Assembly (NCBI GenBank): GCA_964399055.1
Contig: CAYNPJ010000001.1
Span: 582,935-646,934, forward strand
Length of the DNA stretch: 64,000 bases
DNA from: an uncultured Ignavibacteria bacterium
GTDB lineage: Bacteria > Zixibacteria > MSB-5A5 > DSPP01 > RBG-1
Direction of reading: 5' to 3'
The notes beneath the pieces were generated by a model. That model was given only the letters and a program-made list of their open reading frames with translations. It was not told where the DNA came from and did not search any database. The position numbers and the translations under genes are program-made. Positions 9,150 through 19,600 of the stretch are shown here, in pieces. Numbering within the stretch: position 1 is the stretch's first letter; each line of letters begins with the position of its first letter.

Positions 9150-9494
9150 ATGATACTAGACCTAGCACAAATTGCAATAGGGTTATTTTTCCTGCTAGTT
9201 GTATTTGTTTATCTTAAGAGATATCATTCCTTTCCCCTCAGCCCTCTCTACGCTTTAGGTTGGGGCATATTCATATCCATTGAATTGGGAATATATCTCT
9301 ACTCAAAACGGGTCGACTTCACTAATAGACTATTTATCATTCTTATGTTAGGACTTTATCTATTAGCACTATTCAGCCTATTAAATCACCTTGGAGAGAG
9401 AGATGACCAAGAATGGAAGAGGTTTCTCCATAGCCCAAATTTTTGGGGGTTGACCCTCATCAACTTTGCCATAGCATTAGCATTCGTATTATAA
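9150..9494 (+). CDS. hypothetical small membrane protein
   Basis: 114 aa with three hydrophobic helices, in an AT-rich patch. No homology recognised. Confidence 0.3.
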   Translation: MILDLAQIAIGLFFLLVVFVYLKRYHSFPLSPLYALGWGIFISIELGIYLYSKRVDFTNRLFIILMLGLYLLALFSLLNHLGERDDQEWKRFLHSPNFWGLTLINFAIALAFVL

Positions 9495-9811
9495 TTTTTC
9501 TAAATTTACATAGAATGAATTGCACTTGCGCATACAACCATTAAGAGCAGAACAGTTAAGTGATGTGAACTAACTCCACTTCAAGTAACTTTAGCAAGAC
9601 ATACAAGACAGTATGAACAATCAACAAATAAATCCCACTGCAGTCGTAATCAAGCCCGTCGGATTAATGGTTATTCTTACTATCTGTACATCTCTAGTGA
9701 AGTTTATTCTTGAACCATATCTTGGAATGTACTCATATGGTTACACTTCGTTCGTCTTACAGAATTTGGTGGATAGTGCTGGTGTAGTGAACCCCATTTG
9801 TCAAGACACGT

Positions 9812-9984
9812 TCAAGCTGCTTTTTCTATGCGGTTTTGGGCCTCAAACTCCTCCGGACTTTTGTAACCCAAAGCCGAATGGGGGTAGTGGTGATTGTAAT
9901 CTTCTACCCACCTTTTTAGTTTAGTCTCCACCTCCTCTAAGCTTTTAAATTCATTGACCCAGACTAGTTCCTCCTTGATAGCTT
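9812..9984 (-). pseudogene. C-terminal fragment of an IS3/IS481-family (rve integrase-core) transposase
   Basis: ...WVEDYNHHYPHSALGYKSPEEFE matches the conserved DDE-transposase C-terminal motif (N..RPHS.LGY.TP.EF). The N-terminal part of the ORF is encoded by the REP hairpin, so it is truncated. Confidence 0.5.
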
Positions 9985-10011
9985 GTAGACCCAGGTTGCC
10001 CCCAACCTGGG
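9985..10011 (+). repeat. solo REP-like hairpin of the RAYT family
   Basis: GTAGACCCAGGTTG-CCCC-CAACCTGGG. Same architecture as the RAYT left ends, with a compensatory GC>GG / GC>CC change that preserves the stem. Confidence 0.55.
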
Positions 10012-10281
10012 CATAGTTTCGCACCTTGGCTCGATTTCGCTCACCATCGAATTATGAGGACAGGGTAGGTCTCCATTTTCTCTTTTTATACTTGCACCAA
10101 ATATGAAGACTGATGCACAAAGAGACGGCAGCAGTCTCTCCGCTTAAACCTAACAGCAGTTACGCCCTTTTTGTCATTTATTTATGCACTCCTAACTTAT
10201 AGCCAGATAGAAAGTTAGCAGGCCATTTCACCACCTTATCCGACGCATTGAGTAAACCCTCACTGGCACAGGGTTTGCTCG

Positions 10282-10695
10282 ATGGTCTATCAGAAGACAA
10301 AAGGAAAAACGATGAACTGCTACTTTTACGGAACCGCCAGAGAGAGCCAGTCAATCTTAGGACACAACAGCGTGGTGGCCTTTTCCATCCCGGAGCTGAA
10401 TCTAATCTTCAAGGCCCAGATTAAAGGGAATCAGGCTCAGGCCGAATATGCCAGCCTGATAGCTCTCTTAGAGTTCATCGAGCTTAATCCCCGACTTTTT
10501 GACAAGAAGAAGATTCAGATTTACGGGGACAGCCCCACGGTAGTTCATCAGGTCAATTTTCAGGAAGGCTGCTCCAAAGAATTGGAGCCCTACCGCAATT
10601 TAGCCCTGCAATATAAAAGGAGAATCTCCTACACCTTAGGCTGGGTCTCCAAAGACGAAAACCGGGCCTTTCGGCTTACCTCTCCGGCTTTCTGA
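10282..10695 (+). CDS. RNase H-like domain protein (possibly inactive)
   Basis: Pattern ...GNQAQAEYASLIALLEFI...IQIYGDSPTVVHQV...DENRAFRL matches the RNase HI/RVT_3 Glu/Asp/Asp cores, but the first catalytic Asp is absent (YFYGTA). Confidence 0.4.
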   Translation: MVYQKTKGKTMNCYFYGTARESQSILGHNSVVAFSIPELNLIFKAQIKGNQAQAEYASLIALLEFIELNPRLFDKKKIQIYGDSPTVVHQVNFQEGCSKELEPYRNLALQYKRRISYTLGWVSKDENRAFRLTSPAF

Positions 10696-10787
10696 TTGAC
10701 AAACGGAAAGCCTGACCTATCTTAGCATTTAATAATTCAAATATTCTGATTCTACGTTTGTTTTGCTAACCAATCTTAAGAAATTAC

Positions 10788-11834
10788 TTGGCTAAGAAAA
10801 ATGTTGAAAAGTTCCGGCAAGAGATAAGTAAGAAGAAATTTGCCCGAGTTTATCTCTTCTCCGGGCCGCAGGAGGATTTGAAAAGGGAGGCGCTGAAGAT
10901 TCTGACCGAGGCGCTTTTGCCTTCAGGCTCGAAATCTTTCAACTTGGATAAAAGAGAAGCAGGTCAATTCGCAGTCCCGGACTTGGGCAATTTGATTTCC
11001 ACTCTGCCCTGGGGAGCGCCTCAAAGAATTGTAGTTCTCTCCGGGGTTGACGAATTGCAATTAGAGCAGAAACACGAATTAGCTAAATTAGTTGAGAAAA
11101 TCCCCCAAACCACCTGCTTAATTTTAACCGCAGTAAAAATTCCTGAGTCGGAAATACTTTACAAAGCCATAGATAAAAACGGAGAAGTGATTGAGTTTGC
11201 CACGCTACGGGAGGAGAAGTTAGTCGAAAGAATAATAGAAAAAGTACAGACTTCGGGAAAAGTAATAGATACACAGGCCGCAGAAAGGCTGGCTTTGGCG
11301 ATTGGCTCAGATTTGTCCGGCTTGGAGCAGGAAGTTGAGAAGCTGGTTACGTTCATAGGCGAGAAAAAGAGTATTACTGGAGAAGAAGTGGAGCAGCTGA
11401 TTTCCGCCAGTCCGGAATACAAGGTCTATGAGTTAATCGAGCAGATTTCCAAGGGAGAAGTTCAAAAATCCGTTGAGATTGTAAGAGAGGTTCTGTTCAC
11501 TCAGAAATATGCCGGGATTGTCACCAATCAATTGTTGCAAGATTTTTTCTTTTTATGGAGGTTGTTCACCTATACCGGCTCCAGAAGCGATTTCAAGGGG
11601 CTGACCGCCCATCTGGGTCTGGAGAGGCAGGCATTCAGAGTCTCCAAATATTTGAATTGTTCTCGAAATTACAATCAGGCTAAGGTTGAACAGTCGTTAA
11701 AGAAAATAACTGAAGCTGACCGGGCTCTACGTTACAACCCGCTCTCGCCAGAGATTCTGGTGGAGCAATTAGTCGTGGAGTTGTGCCAGATTGCATCAGG
11801 TAAGGCGACAGTCTTTACAACTGCCAAGATTTAG
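10788..11834 (+). CDS. holA: DNA polymerase III delta subunit
   Basis: TTG start. Length and N-terminal pattern KKFARVYLFSGPQEDLKREALKIL are typical of HolA. Confidence 0.65.
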   Translation: MAKKNVEKFRQEISKKKFARVYLFSGPQEDLKREALKILTEALLPSGSKSFNLDKREAGQFAVPDLGNLISTLPWGAPQRIVVLSGVDELQLEQKHELAKLVEKIPQTTCLILTAVKIPESEILYKAIDKNGEVIEFATLREEKLVERIIEKVQTSGKVIDTQAAERLALAIGSDLSGLEQEVEKLVTFIGEKKSITGEEVEQLISASPEYKVYELIEQISKGEVQKSVEIVREVLFTQKYAGIVTNQLLQDFFFLWRLFTYTGSRSDFKGLTAHLGLERQAFRVSKYLNCSRNYNQAKVEQSLKKITEADRALRYNPLSPEILVEQLVVELCQIASGKATVFTTAKI

Positions 11835-11934
11835 CCTGTTACACTTATACATTTCCAATCTCAGATATCCTGCCGAGCAAAGTCGAAATTAGAGCTTGAC
11901 TTGACCCTTTAGGAGAATAGTTTAATCTCCGGAG

Positions 11935-12669
11935 ATGGTTGTAAGGTCGTACGCTTTGGTTTTAGTTTTGGCCGCGTGCTTATTGCCAGACTGTGGCCGG
12001 AGAAAGGCGGACGTGAAAGAACAGAGTCCGGAAGAAATCTGGAGGGCCCGAAGAGCCAAGATGGTCAAGGAGCAGATCGAAGACCGGGGGATAAAGGACA
12101 GTTTAGTCCTGGCGGCCATGCGCAAAGTCCCCCGGCATAAATTCATTCCCGAAGAATATGTTGAATTAGCCTACGTGGACGGACCTCTTCCAATTGGCAG
12201 CGAACAGACCATCTCCCAGCCTTACATCGTGGCGGTGATGACCGAACTCTTAAAACTCAAAAAAGGGGATAAAGTTCTGGAAATCGGGACTGGCTCTGGC
12301 TATCAATGTGCCGTGCTGTGTGAAATTGCAGATTCTGTCTACACCATTGAAATAGTCGAACCCTTGGGTTTGAAGGCAAATCAAACTTTAAAGCGCTTAG
12401 GTTACAAAAACTTTGAACTTAAGATTGGTGACGGCTACCAAGGCTGGCCGGAAAAAGCTCCCTTTGAGGGCATAATCGTCACCGCTGCGCCCGATCATAT
12501 TCCGGAGCCGCTCTACGAACAGTTAAAGATGGGAGGGAGAATGGTCATTCCAGTGGGGGAAGCAAACCAGGAGTTGTTGGTAATTACCAAGACCGAAAGA
12601 GGAATGGTTACCGAATCGGTTTTGCCGGTTAGATTCGTGCGGATGACCGGGGAAGCGGAGGAAAAGTAA
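11935..12669 (+). CDS. pcm: protein-L-isoaspartate O-methyltransferase
   Basis: Motifs GSEQTISQPYIVAVMTELL and VLEIGTGSGYQ (SAM-binding). Confidence 0.85.
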   Translation: MVVRSYALVLVLAACLLPDCGRRKADVKEQSPEEIWRARRAKMVKEQIEDRGIKDSLVLAAMRKVPRHKFIPEEYVELAYVDGPLPIGSEQTISQPYIVAVMTELLKLKKGDKVLEIGTGSGYQCAVLCEIADSVYTIEIVEPLGLKANQTLKRLGYKNFELKIGDGYQGWPEKAPFEGIIVTAAPDHIPEPLYEQLKMGGRMVIPVGEANQELLVITKTERGMVTESVLPVRFVRMTGEAEEK

Positions 12670-12766
12670 TTTCTGAAGTTTTGCAGGCTGTTGTACACAT
12701 CACTTCAACTTCTGAGATTTTTGAACCCTTTTCAATTTTTGCTCGTAAATAACAATCAGGAGGTGT

Positions 12767-13003
12767 ATGATGGCTAAAAGAATCTATCGCTCGAGAAAAG
12801 AAAAAGTGATAGCCGGAGTTTGCGGAGGTTTGGGCGACTATCTGGGAATTGATCCGGTTCTTATCAGAATAGTCTGGGTGGTGACGGTAATCTGTGCTGG
12901 CACCGGAATCTTGGCTTACATCTTAGCCTGGATTTTTATCCCCAAGGAGCCGGTCTTTCAACACAGATCAGAACCAGAGGCCCGGGCAGCGGCCAACGTC
13001 TAA
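12767..13003 (+). CDS. PspC-domain membrane protein
   Basis: IYRSRKEKVIAGVCGGLGDYLGIDPVLIRIVWVV is the canonical PspC domain, followed by a TM helix. Confidence 0.7.
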   Translation: MMAKRIYRSRKEKVIAGVCGGLGDYLGIDPVLIRIVWVVTVICAGTGILAYILAWIFIPKEPVFQHRSEPEARAAANV

Positions 13004-13024
13004 TCTTTCAAGAAAGAGGAAATT

Positions 13025-13471
13025 ATGAATCATAGAATCTACCGCAGTAGAAAAGAGTCGCTGATAGCCGGGGTGTGCGGCGGTTTAGGCGAATATTTTG
13101 ACATTGACCCGGTTATCATTCGGCTGATTTTCGTCCTGCTGATTTTTGCCGGAGGAGCAGGTTTAATCGGCTATATCATCGCCTGGATAATCATTCCCCA
13201 GGCGCCGGCAACCGGTACAGCCGAAAGCGCTGAAGTTCCTCCTCCGCCGGCACAAGGAGAAGCTCCCTCCACACCAGCGGCAGAGCGGAGAGAAAAAGGA
13301 GCCTATTTGACCGGATTGATACTAATCGTAATCGGAGGGGTTTTTCTCTTCAGCAATCTATTCCACTGGTTCGAATTCTGGGAGCTGTGGCCAGTGATTC
13401 TAATCGTCATCGGCGCGGTGATTGTGATAAAAGCCAAGGGGAGTAAAGATGAAGATCCAGCATCTGCGTAA
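13025..13471 (+). CDS. PspC-domain membrane protein (second copy, Pro/Ala-rich linker)
   Basis: IYRSRKESLIAGVCGGLGEYFDIDPVIIRLIFVL PspC domain plus two TM segments. Confidence 0.7.
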   Translation: MNHRIYRSRKESLIAGVCGGLGEYFDIDPVIIRLIFVLLIFAGGAGLIGYIIAWIIIPQAPATGTAESAEVPPPPAQGEAPSTPAAERREKGAYLTGLILIVIGGVFLFSNLFHWFEFWELWPVILIVIGAVIVIKAKGSKDEDPASA

Positions 13472-14366
13472 CGGAGTCATCTTAATCTCGGTCGGCCTGG
13501 TCTTTCTTTTCAACAACTTGGGTTATGTAGACTGGGAAGTGTGGGAGACAATTCTATCCTGGTGGCCGGTCTATTTAATCGCCATAGGCATAGAGATAGT
13601 CTTCCGCAATAGCGCCTTAAAACCCTTAGCCCTGATTTCGCCTTTAGCTTTCGCTTTTTTCATCTTGGGCCCGGCCTGGTGGCAGTGGGAGGGGAGGGAT
13701 GAAGACAGATTAGTGCAAAGAATAGAGTGGAACCAGCCTCTTTCCGAGCAAATCAATTCACTCCAGGCGAATTTAGAGTTCAGACTGGGATGTCTGAAAG
13801 TAGAAGATTCAGATAACCGTGTTGTAAACTGCATGATGGAATATCAGTCCAGAGAGCCTTATGTCGATTTTAGCGAAACAGAGGGGAAAGCCAAGTTGAC
13901 ACTGCAGGACAGGAGCAAAAAATACTGGGGAATCAGGGTTAATGAAGCAGGAGTAGAGTCAAACTGGGGAAGCCCTAAAGATAAAGACTGGAATGTAGCA
14001 TTCGATACGATAACTACCTTAGAGTTAGATTTGAGCTCTCAATTATCCAAGAATGAAATGGATTTGACTAAGATTAAAGCCGGCAAGTTAAAATTCTCTT
14101 TCCAGCTGGCCAAGGGAGATATTAAATTAGGTGATAAAATTGATACGTTGACAGTCGATTTAGACCTGGAGCTCTCGAAAGTGAATCTTTGGGTGCCGGA
14201 AGAGGCTGTGGTCTTTCTGGAAAAACACCTCTCCCTTTCTGGATTCTCTGATTCGAATGTGAAAATAGTCAGAGGCGAGAATAATGCTTCAAACATCTCA
14301 GGCCAGCCGGTAATCTTTGTCAACTATGAAGGGGCGCTCTCCAAACTGAATCTGAAGGGTTATTGA
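13449..14366 (+). CDS. LiaF-like membrane protein with beta-rich C-terminal domain (DUF4097/DUF2154-like)
   Basis: N-terminal multi-TM region and beta-rich C-terminal domain. Coupled with the PspC-domain genes, an envelope-stress module architecture. Confidence 0.4.
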   Translation: MKIQHLRNGVILISVGLVFLFNNLGYVDWEVWETILSWWPVYLIAIGIEIVFRNSALKPLALISPLAFAFFILGPAWWQWEGRDEDRLVQRIEWNQPLSEQINSLQANLEFRLGCLKVEDSDNRVVNCMMEYQSREPYVDFSETEGKAKLTLQDRSKKYWGIRVNEAGVESNWGSPKDKDWNVAFDTITTLELDLSSQLSKNEMDLTKIKAGKLKFSFQLAKGDIKLGDKIDTLTVDLDLELSKVNLWVPEEAVVFLEKHLSLSGFSDSNVKIVRGENNASNISGQPVIFVNYEGALSKLNLKGY

Positions 14367-15128
14367 TTGAGTTTGTCAAAGTTTTCATTTCTACTCCTAC
14401 CTTCTCTAATCTTAGCGTGCTCTTCTCCGCAGGTTGATACCTTAGACAAAATCAAGGAGTCGGGTAAATTTCTAATCGGCACTGATGCCACTTATCCGCC
14501 TTTCGAGAGCCAGGACCTGCAAACCGGTGAAGTAGCCGGGTTCGACATAGATTTGATGAAAACAATCTGCCAAAAGTTGGGCGTCCAGCCAGAATTCATA
14601 GTAGTTCCCTTTGACGGAATAATTCCGGGCTTAAACAATCATAAATACGATGCCATCATCTCGGCCTTCACCATCACCGTGGCCAGAGAAGAGGCAGTCG
14701 ACTTCACCGATCCCTATTACGTAGCCGGGCAGGTGATTGCCGTGCCTGTGCGAGATACAGTCATCAGAAACATGGGTGATTTGGAGGGAAAGAGAATCGG
14801 AGCCCAGTTAGGCACCACGGGTGAGATGTTAGCCAAGCAGATTACCAGAGGAGAGGTCATCAGCTTCGACAACATCTCAGCCGCCTTCATTGATATGGAG
14901 AATGGAAAGTTAGATGCTATTATCAATGACAAACCCACCACGCAGATGATTATCAAGGTGCGCAGGTCTGCCAAAATTGTGGGTCCGCTTTTGACTAAGG
15001 AGTCTTACGGAATCGCAGTACGGCAGGGGGATAATAAGCTTTTGGAAGTGTTAAATTCGGCTCTACAGCAGTTGAAGGAAGAGGGGGTGTTGGAGGAGTT
15101 GAATAAGAAGTGGATTAGTCGCCAGTAA
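14367..15128 (+). CDS. amino-acid ABC transporter substrate-binding lipoprotein
   Basis: Lipobox LILACSS. SBP_bac_3-like sequence with GTDATYPPFE and FDIDL. Confidence 0.8.
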   Translation: MSLSKFSFLLLPSLILACSSPQVDTLDKIKESGKFLIGTDATYPPFESQDLQTGEVAGFDIDLMKTICQKLGVQPEFIVVPFDGIIPGLNNHKYDAIISAFTITVAREEAVDFTDPYYVAGQVIAVPVRDTVIRNMGDLEGKRIGAQLGTTGEMLAKQITRGEVISFDNISAAFIDMENGKLDAIINDKPTTQMIIKVRRSAKIVGPLLTKESYGIAVRQGDNKLLEVLNSALQQLKEEGVLEELNKKWISRQ

Positions 15129-15267
15129 AAAGCGAGGTTATTGGCCCCTCCCTGCCCTCACCTCTAGGGGAGGGATTTGAACCATTCTCCTTCACTTAAT
15201 ATAATCAGCTTGACTTAGAAGCAATTCTCCAGCTAACTTGGGTTTTATTTTGAAACTGGAGGATTGA

Positions 15268-15945
15268 TTGGACTGGGTATCCCAGCAGTTAAACATCTGT
15301 CTGGAGATTCTGAAGTATTTGGCGCCGGCAGTGCCGATGACCATCAAGGTCACTCTGCTGTCGTTTGCCTTAGCTTTAATTTTAGGAACGATTATTTCCC
15401 TGCTCAGAATCTCGCATATTGCACCGTTGAAGTGGCTGACCAAGATTTATGTGGACGTTATTCGGGGGGTGCCGCTTTTGGTTCAGATTTTCTTCATTTA
15501 CTTCGGACTGGGGAAGGTTTTAAACTTAGACCGCTTTTTGGCCGGGGTGATTGCCATTGGAGTCTGTTACTCCGCTTATTTAGCAGAAATTATCCGGGCC
15601 GGAATTCAATCAGTGAGCAAGGGGCAGTACGAGGCCGCCTTATCCTTAGGCATGACCTTTCCTCAGACCATGCGCTATGTTATTTTTCCCCAGGCCTTAA
15701 GAGTCATTCTTCCTCCCACGGCCAATGAGTTTATCGCCAGTTTGAAAGACAGTTCTTTGGTCTCCATAATCGGTTTAAGAGAGTTAACCAGGGCGGGAAG
15801 AGAATATTACTCCCAGTATTTTGTGGATTTTCAGACGTGGCTGATGGTAGGCTTAATCTACTTGGCCTTAACTTTGAGCCTGTCGCGATTGGTAGCCTGG
15901 TTGGAGAAAAAATATAAAGTCTTGGGCTACGAGGCAGCGCACTGA
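15268..15945 (+). CDS. amino-acid ABC transporter permease
   Basis: EAA-loop [28 protein letters not shown]. Polar amino acid permease family. Confidence 0.85.
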   Translation: MDWVSQQLNICLEILKYLAPAVPMTIKVTLLSFALALILGTIISLLRISHIAPLKWLTKIYVDVIRGVPLLVQIFFIYFGLGKVLNLDRFLAGVIAIGVCYSAYLAEIIRAGIQSVSKGQYEAALSLGMTFPQTMRYVIFPQALRVILPPTANEFIASLKDSSLVSIIGLRELTRAGREYYSQYFVDFQTWLMVGLIYLALTLSLSRLVAWLEKKYKVLGYEAAH

Positions 15946-16673
15946 TGATTGTTCAGGCTAAAAATGTTTCCAAGAGATTCGGCCACCTAAGGGCAGTCGA
16001 TTCGGTTTCCTGCACGGTAGATAGAGGGGAAGTAGTGGTCATCCTAGGTCCTTCCGGCTCCGGGAAAAGTACTTTCCTGCGCTGTTTAAATGGTCTGGAA
16101 AAAACTGATTCCGGAGAAATCATAATTGACGGCATAAAATTAGACCATGACAAAAGCGCCGTCCACCGAGTCAGGCAGAAAATCGGCATAGTATTTCAAC
16201 AGTTCAATCTCTTTCCCCATCTGTGTGTTCTGGATAATCTGACTTTAGCTCAGACCGTGGTTTTAGGCCGGCAGAAAAAAGAGGCCCTGAAGATTGCCGG
16301 CGAATATCTGCGCAAAGTCGGCCTGAAAGAGAAGGACAAAAATTTTCCGGCCCAGCTCTCTGGGGGACAGCAGCAGAGAGTGGCCATTGCCCGGGCCTTA
16401 GCTCTTAATCCGCAGATAATGTTATTCGATGAACCCACTTCCGCTTTGGACCCGGAGATGATAGGGGAAGTTTTAGAGGTGATGAAGAATTTAGCCCGGG
16501 AAGGGATGACCATGATAGTCGTCACCCATGAGCTGGGCTTTGCTGCAGAGGTGGCTGACCGGATGATTTTTATGGACCAGGGTAAAATCGTGGAAGAAGG
16601 CAAAGCAGAGAAGATTCTGAACAATCCTCAACAGGAGCGAACCAGACTATTTTTAAGCAAGGTGCTGAGATAG
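15945..16673 (+). CDS. amino-acid ABC transporter ATP-binding protein
   Basis: Walker [10 protein letters not shown], signature [15 protein letters not shown], Walker [12 protein letters not shown]. Confidence 0.9.
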   Translation: MIVQAKNVSKRFGHLRAVDSVSCTVDRGEVVVILGPSGSGKSTFLRCLNGLEKTDSGEIIIDGIKLDHDKSAVHRVRQKIGIVFQQFNLFPHLCVLDNLTLAQTVVLGRQKKEALKIAGEYLRKVGLKEKDKNFPAQLSGGQQQRVAIARALALNPQIMLFDEPTSALDPEMIGEVLEVMKNLAREGMTMIVVTHELGFAAEVADRMIFMDQGKIVEEGKAEKILNNPQQERTRLFLSKVLR

Positions 16674-19600
16674 TGGAGGTGACAGTGAAGAAGGCTTTGT
16701 TTTGTTGCATAATACTAGTATGGAGTTGGACCGGGGCACAGGCTTACTGGCAGCAGGAGGTGCATTACAAAATTGAGGCTGAATTCATTCCGAAAGAGGA
16801 CAAAATAGTAGGGCAGGAAACCCTGATTTACACCAACAACTCTCCGGATACTTTAAATAAAGTTTACTTTCATCTATATTTGAACGCCTTCCAGCCTGGG
16901 AGTCCAATGGATATCAAGTCCAGACAGGAAGAAGACTACAGCATCGCTGAGCTTGCGCCCAGGCAGTGGGGGAAGATGGAAATTAAGAAAGTCAAAATTA
17001 ATGGGAAAGAAATCGATAAATTTGAAATTGACTATACCGTAATGGAAATAATCTTGCCGTTGCCACTGCTTCCGAACCAAGAAACCGAAATCTACCTGGA
17101 GTTTGAAGACCAGATTCCCGTTTTCGGCGCCCGAACTGGCAAGCAGGGAAAGCACTATGATATCGGGCAGTGGTATCCCAAGATTGCGGTTTATGACCGC
17201 TATGGCTGGCATAATGAACAGTATTTAGGCACCGGGGAGTTTTACGGAGACTTTGGAAAGTTTGAAGTGACTTTCACGGCGCCGGAAGAGTACATTCTGG
17301 GTCATACGGGAGAATTGTTAAACCAGGAAGAACTGTTCCCCGGTCTGCCCAAAGCGGCTGAGGATACGGTTCTGGTGGACATCTTAAAAAAATATAAAGA
17401 GGACCAGGACAGCACCAAGTTAGAAATAATAGCGGGTAAGAATGCCAAGGGTGGAAATAATAAGAGGGAGGACAAATCTGATGAGGCGGATACGACTATA
17501 AAGAAAAGACCCTGGAAGATGCAGGCTGAAAATGTGCATGATTTCTTCATTGCTGCCAATCCGGATTTCATCTGGGACCGGGCTCAGTTGGGCGATATCA
17601 CTATCAATACCCTCTATCCAAAGGATGCTGCCAGAATTTGGCAGAAAAAAGCGGCTGAGGAGACCAAATTCTGTCTGCAATTCATGAGTGAAAAATTCGG
17701 CCAGTATCCTTACACTCAGTTTACCTCAGTGGCCGGAGCAGTCCGCGGCGGAATGGAGTATCCCCAGATTATCACCATGAGCAAGAAAATCGGGGACCCG
17801 GTCAGCCACCGTTTTTTTTCGGTCCTGGCGCACGAGATTGCCCACAACTGGTTTTACGGCTTAATCGGCAATAATGAGACCAGGCAGGCCTGCCTGGATG
17901 AGGGTTTTACCTCCTTTGCCACGATTTTGATGATGGAGGAGCGGTTCGGCAGATACAACAACTCCTACGAGTGGCAGAACTGGATTCAGAAGACTTTTTA
18001 CTCCAATGACGATGAGCGAACCGGCTATGCCCGAAGTTACTTAAAGCGAGCCAATCGCAAAGAGGAGGAGCCGATTGATACCCATTCGGACCGCTTTGTC
18101 AATCCGCGCAACTATCGTCTGGCTGTCTATAACAAGACCGCCAGCGTACTCTTTATGCTGCAATATGCTTTGGGAGACTCCCTCTTCGATTCAGCCATGC
18201 AGGAGTACTTCAACTGGTGGCACTGGAAACATCCTTATTTAGGTGATTTTCAAACTGTGATGGAGGATATGTCCAAACAGAGTCTAGAGTGGTTCTTTGA
18301 CGAGTGGTTTGAGAAGACCCGCAGGCTGGATTTCGGGATTGCCTCAGTCAAAAGTAAGAAGATAGAAGAATCGGGAAGAGGGTATCTGACTCAGGTCAAA
18401 GTCAAGAAAGAAAAAGAAGCGGTGATGCCTCTGGATTTGCAGTTTAAGCTAGCAGATGGAACGTTGCATACGGAAAAAATCCCGGTGGAGGTCTGGCTGG
18501 AAGAGAGGAAGGAATATGTGGCTTCCGTGGAGCTGCCAACGAAACCGAAGTCAGTGGAAATAAATCCAGACCAGAGGCTTCTAGATGTGAACCGGTTGAA
18601 TAACTACTTCGTTCCGGGCTTACCCTCACCGTTGCCAAAATTACGGTTCGACTATAACTATCTAAATAAGTATAATCCGGTGCCAGTAGATGCCTATCAG
18701 TTTCTCTTTAATCCCAGTTTTTGGTATAATGATGTAGATGGATTAAAATCCGGACTCAGGCTGAAAGGCTCCTACTTAGAGTGGAGCCATAATTCAAACT
18801 TAGCCCTGTGGATGGGGCCGATGAGCGGGAGATTTCATTATGACGTCTCCTGGAAAGAGCCGAGCTTCTGGCTGGGGCCGGTGACTTACTTAAATCTCAG
18901 GAGCTTCTACTCAGAGGGGAGACAGGGGGAAGAGGCCAGTCTCGAAAAGGTCAATCTAAGGATTCCAGGCTACCGGGAGTATTTCGAGCCGCAGGGAAGC
19001 AGGTACGGAGTTGGCATCTACACCTATAGACTGAAGAGTGAACGCTGGCTTCCTCCAGCTATCAGCTGGGATAGTGGTGATTTAAATCTAATCAAGGCTC
19101 ACTATTTGGGGATGTTTCCGGGAAGGTACTATGACCAGGAGTTTTCCGCAGAATTCTCAACCGATTTTTACCGCACTGATTTTAATTTGCATAAACTCTG
19201 GCTGGAATATAAGGGGGAATTGGATTTAAAAATCTCTCAGGTCTGGTCCTGGAGAGTCTCTTTCGGCTATGCCAACGGGAAATTGCCGGTTCAGGATAGA
19301 TTTTACCTGGCTTCGGCCTCTCCCTTAGAAGAATTTGCCAACAGCTGGTATAGAAGCAGAGGAAGTCTGCCCAATAAATGGCGAGAAGAGGGGAATTTGT
19401 ATATGCCAGGAGGAGGGAATGTCCGTGGCTATACCGAGATGATTCTCTCCGGCCAGAAGCTCTTCAGCCTGAATTTCAAATGGGCCTTTCCTAATTATCT
19501 GAAGTTAATTCCAGCAAGAGTTCCCTATCTATCCGAGCAGATTAATTCACTGAAATGGGACCTATTTTACGATTTCGGCTCAGTCTGGAATTCAGACGAC

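Noticed and set aside
15264-15728. 154-aa ORF in an alternative frame overlapping the ABC permease
   Set aside because: Overlaps a strongly supported permease gene. Composition is Gly/Arg-rich, typical of an off-frame read-through
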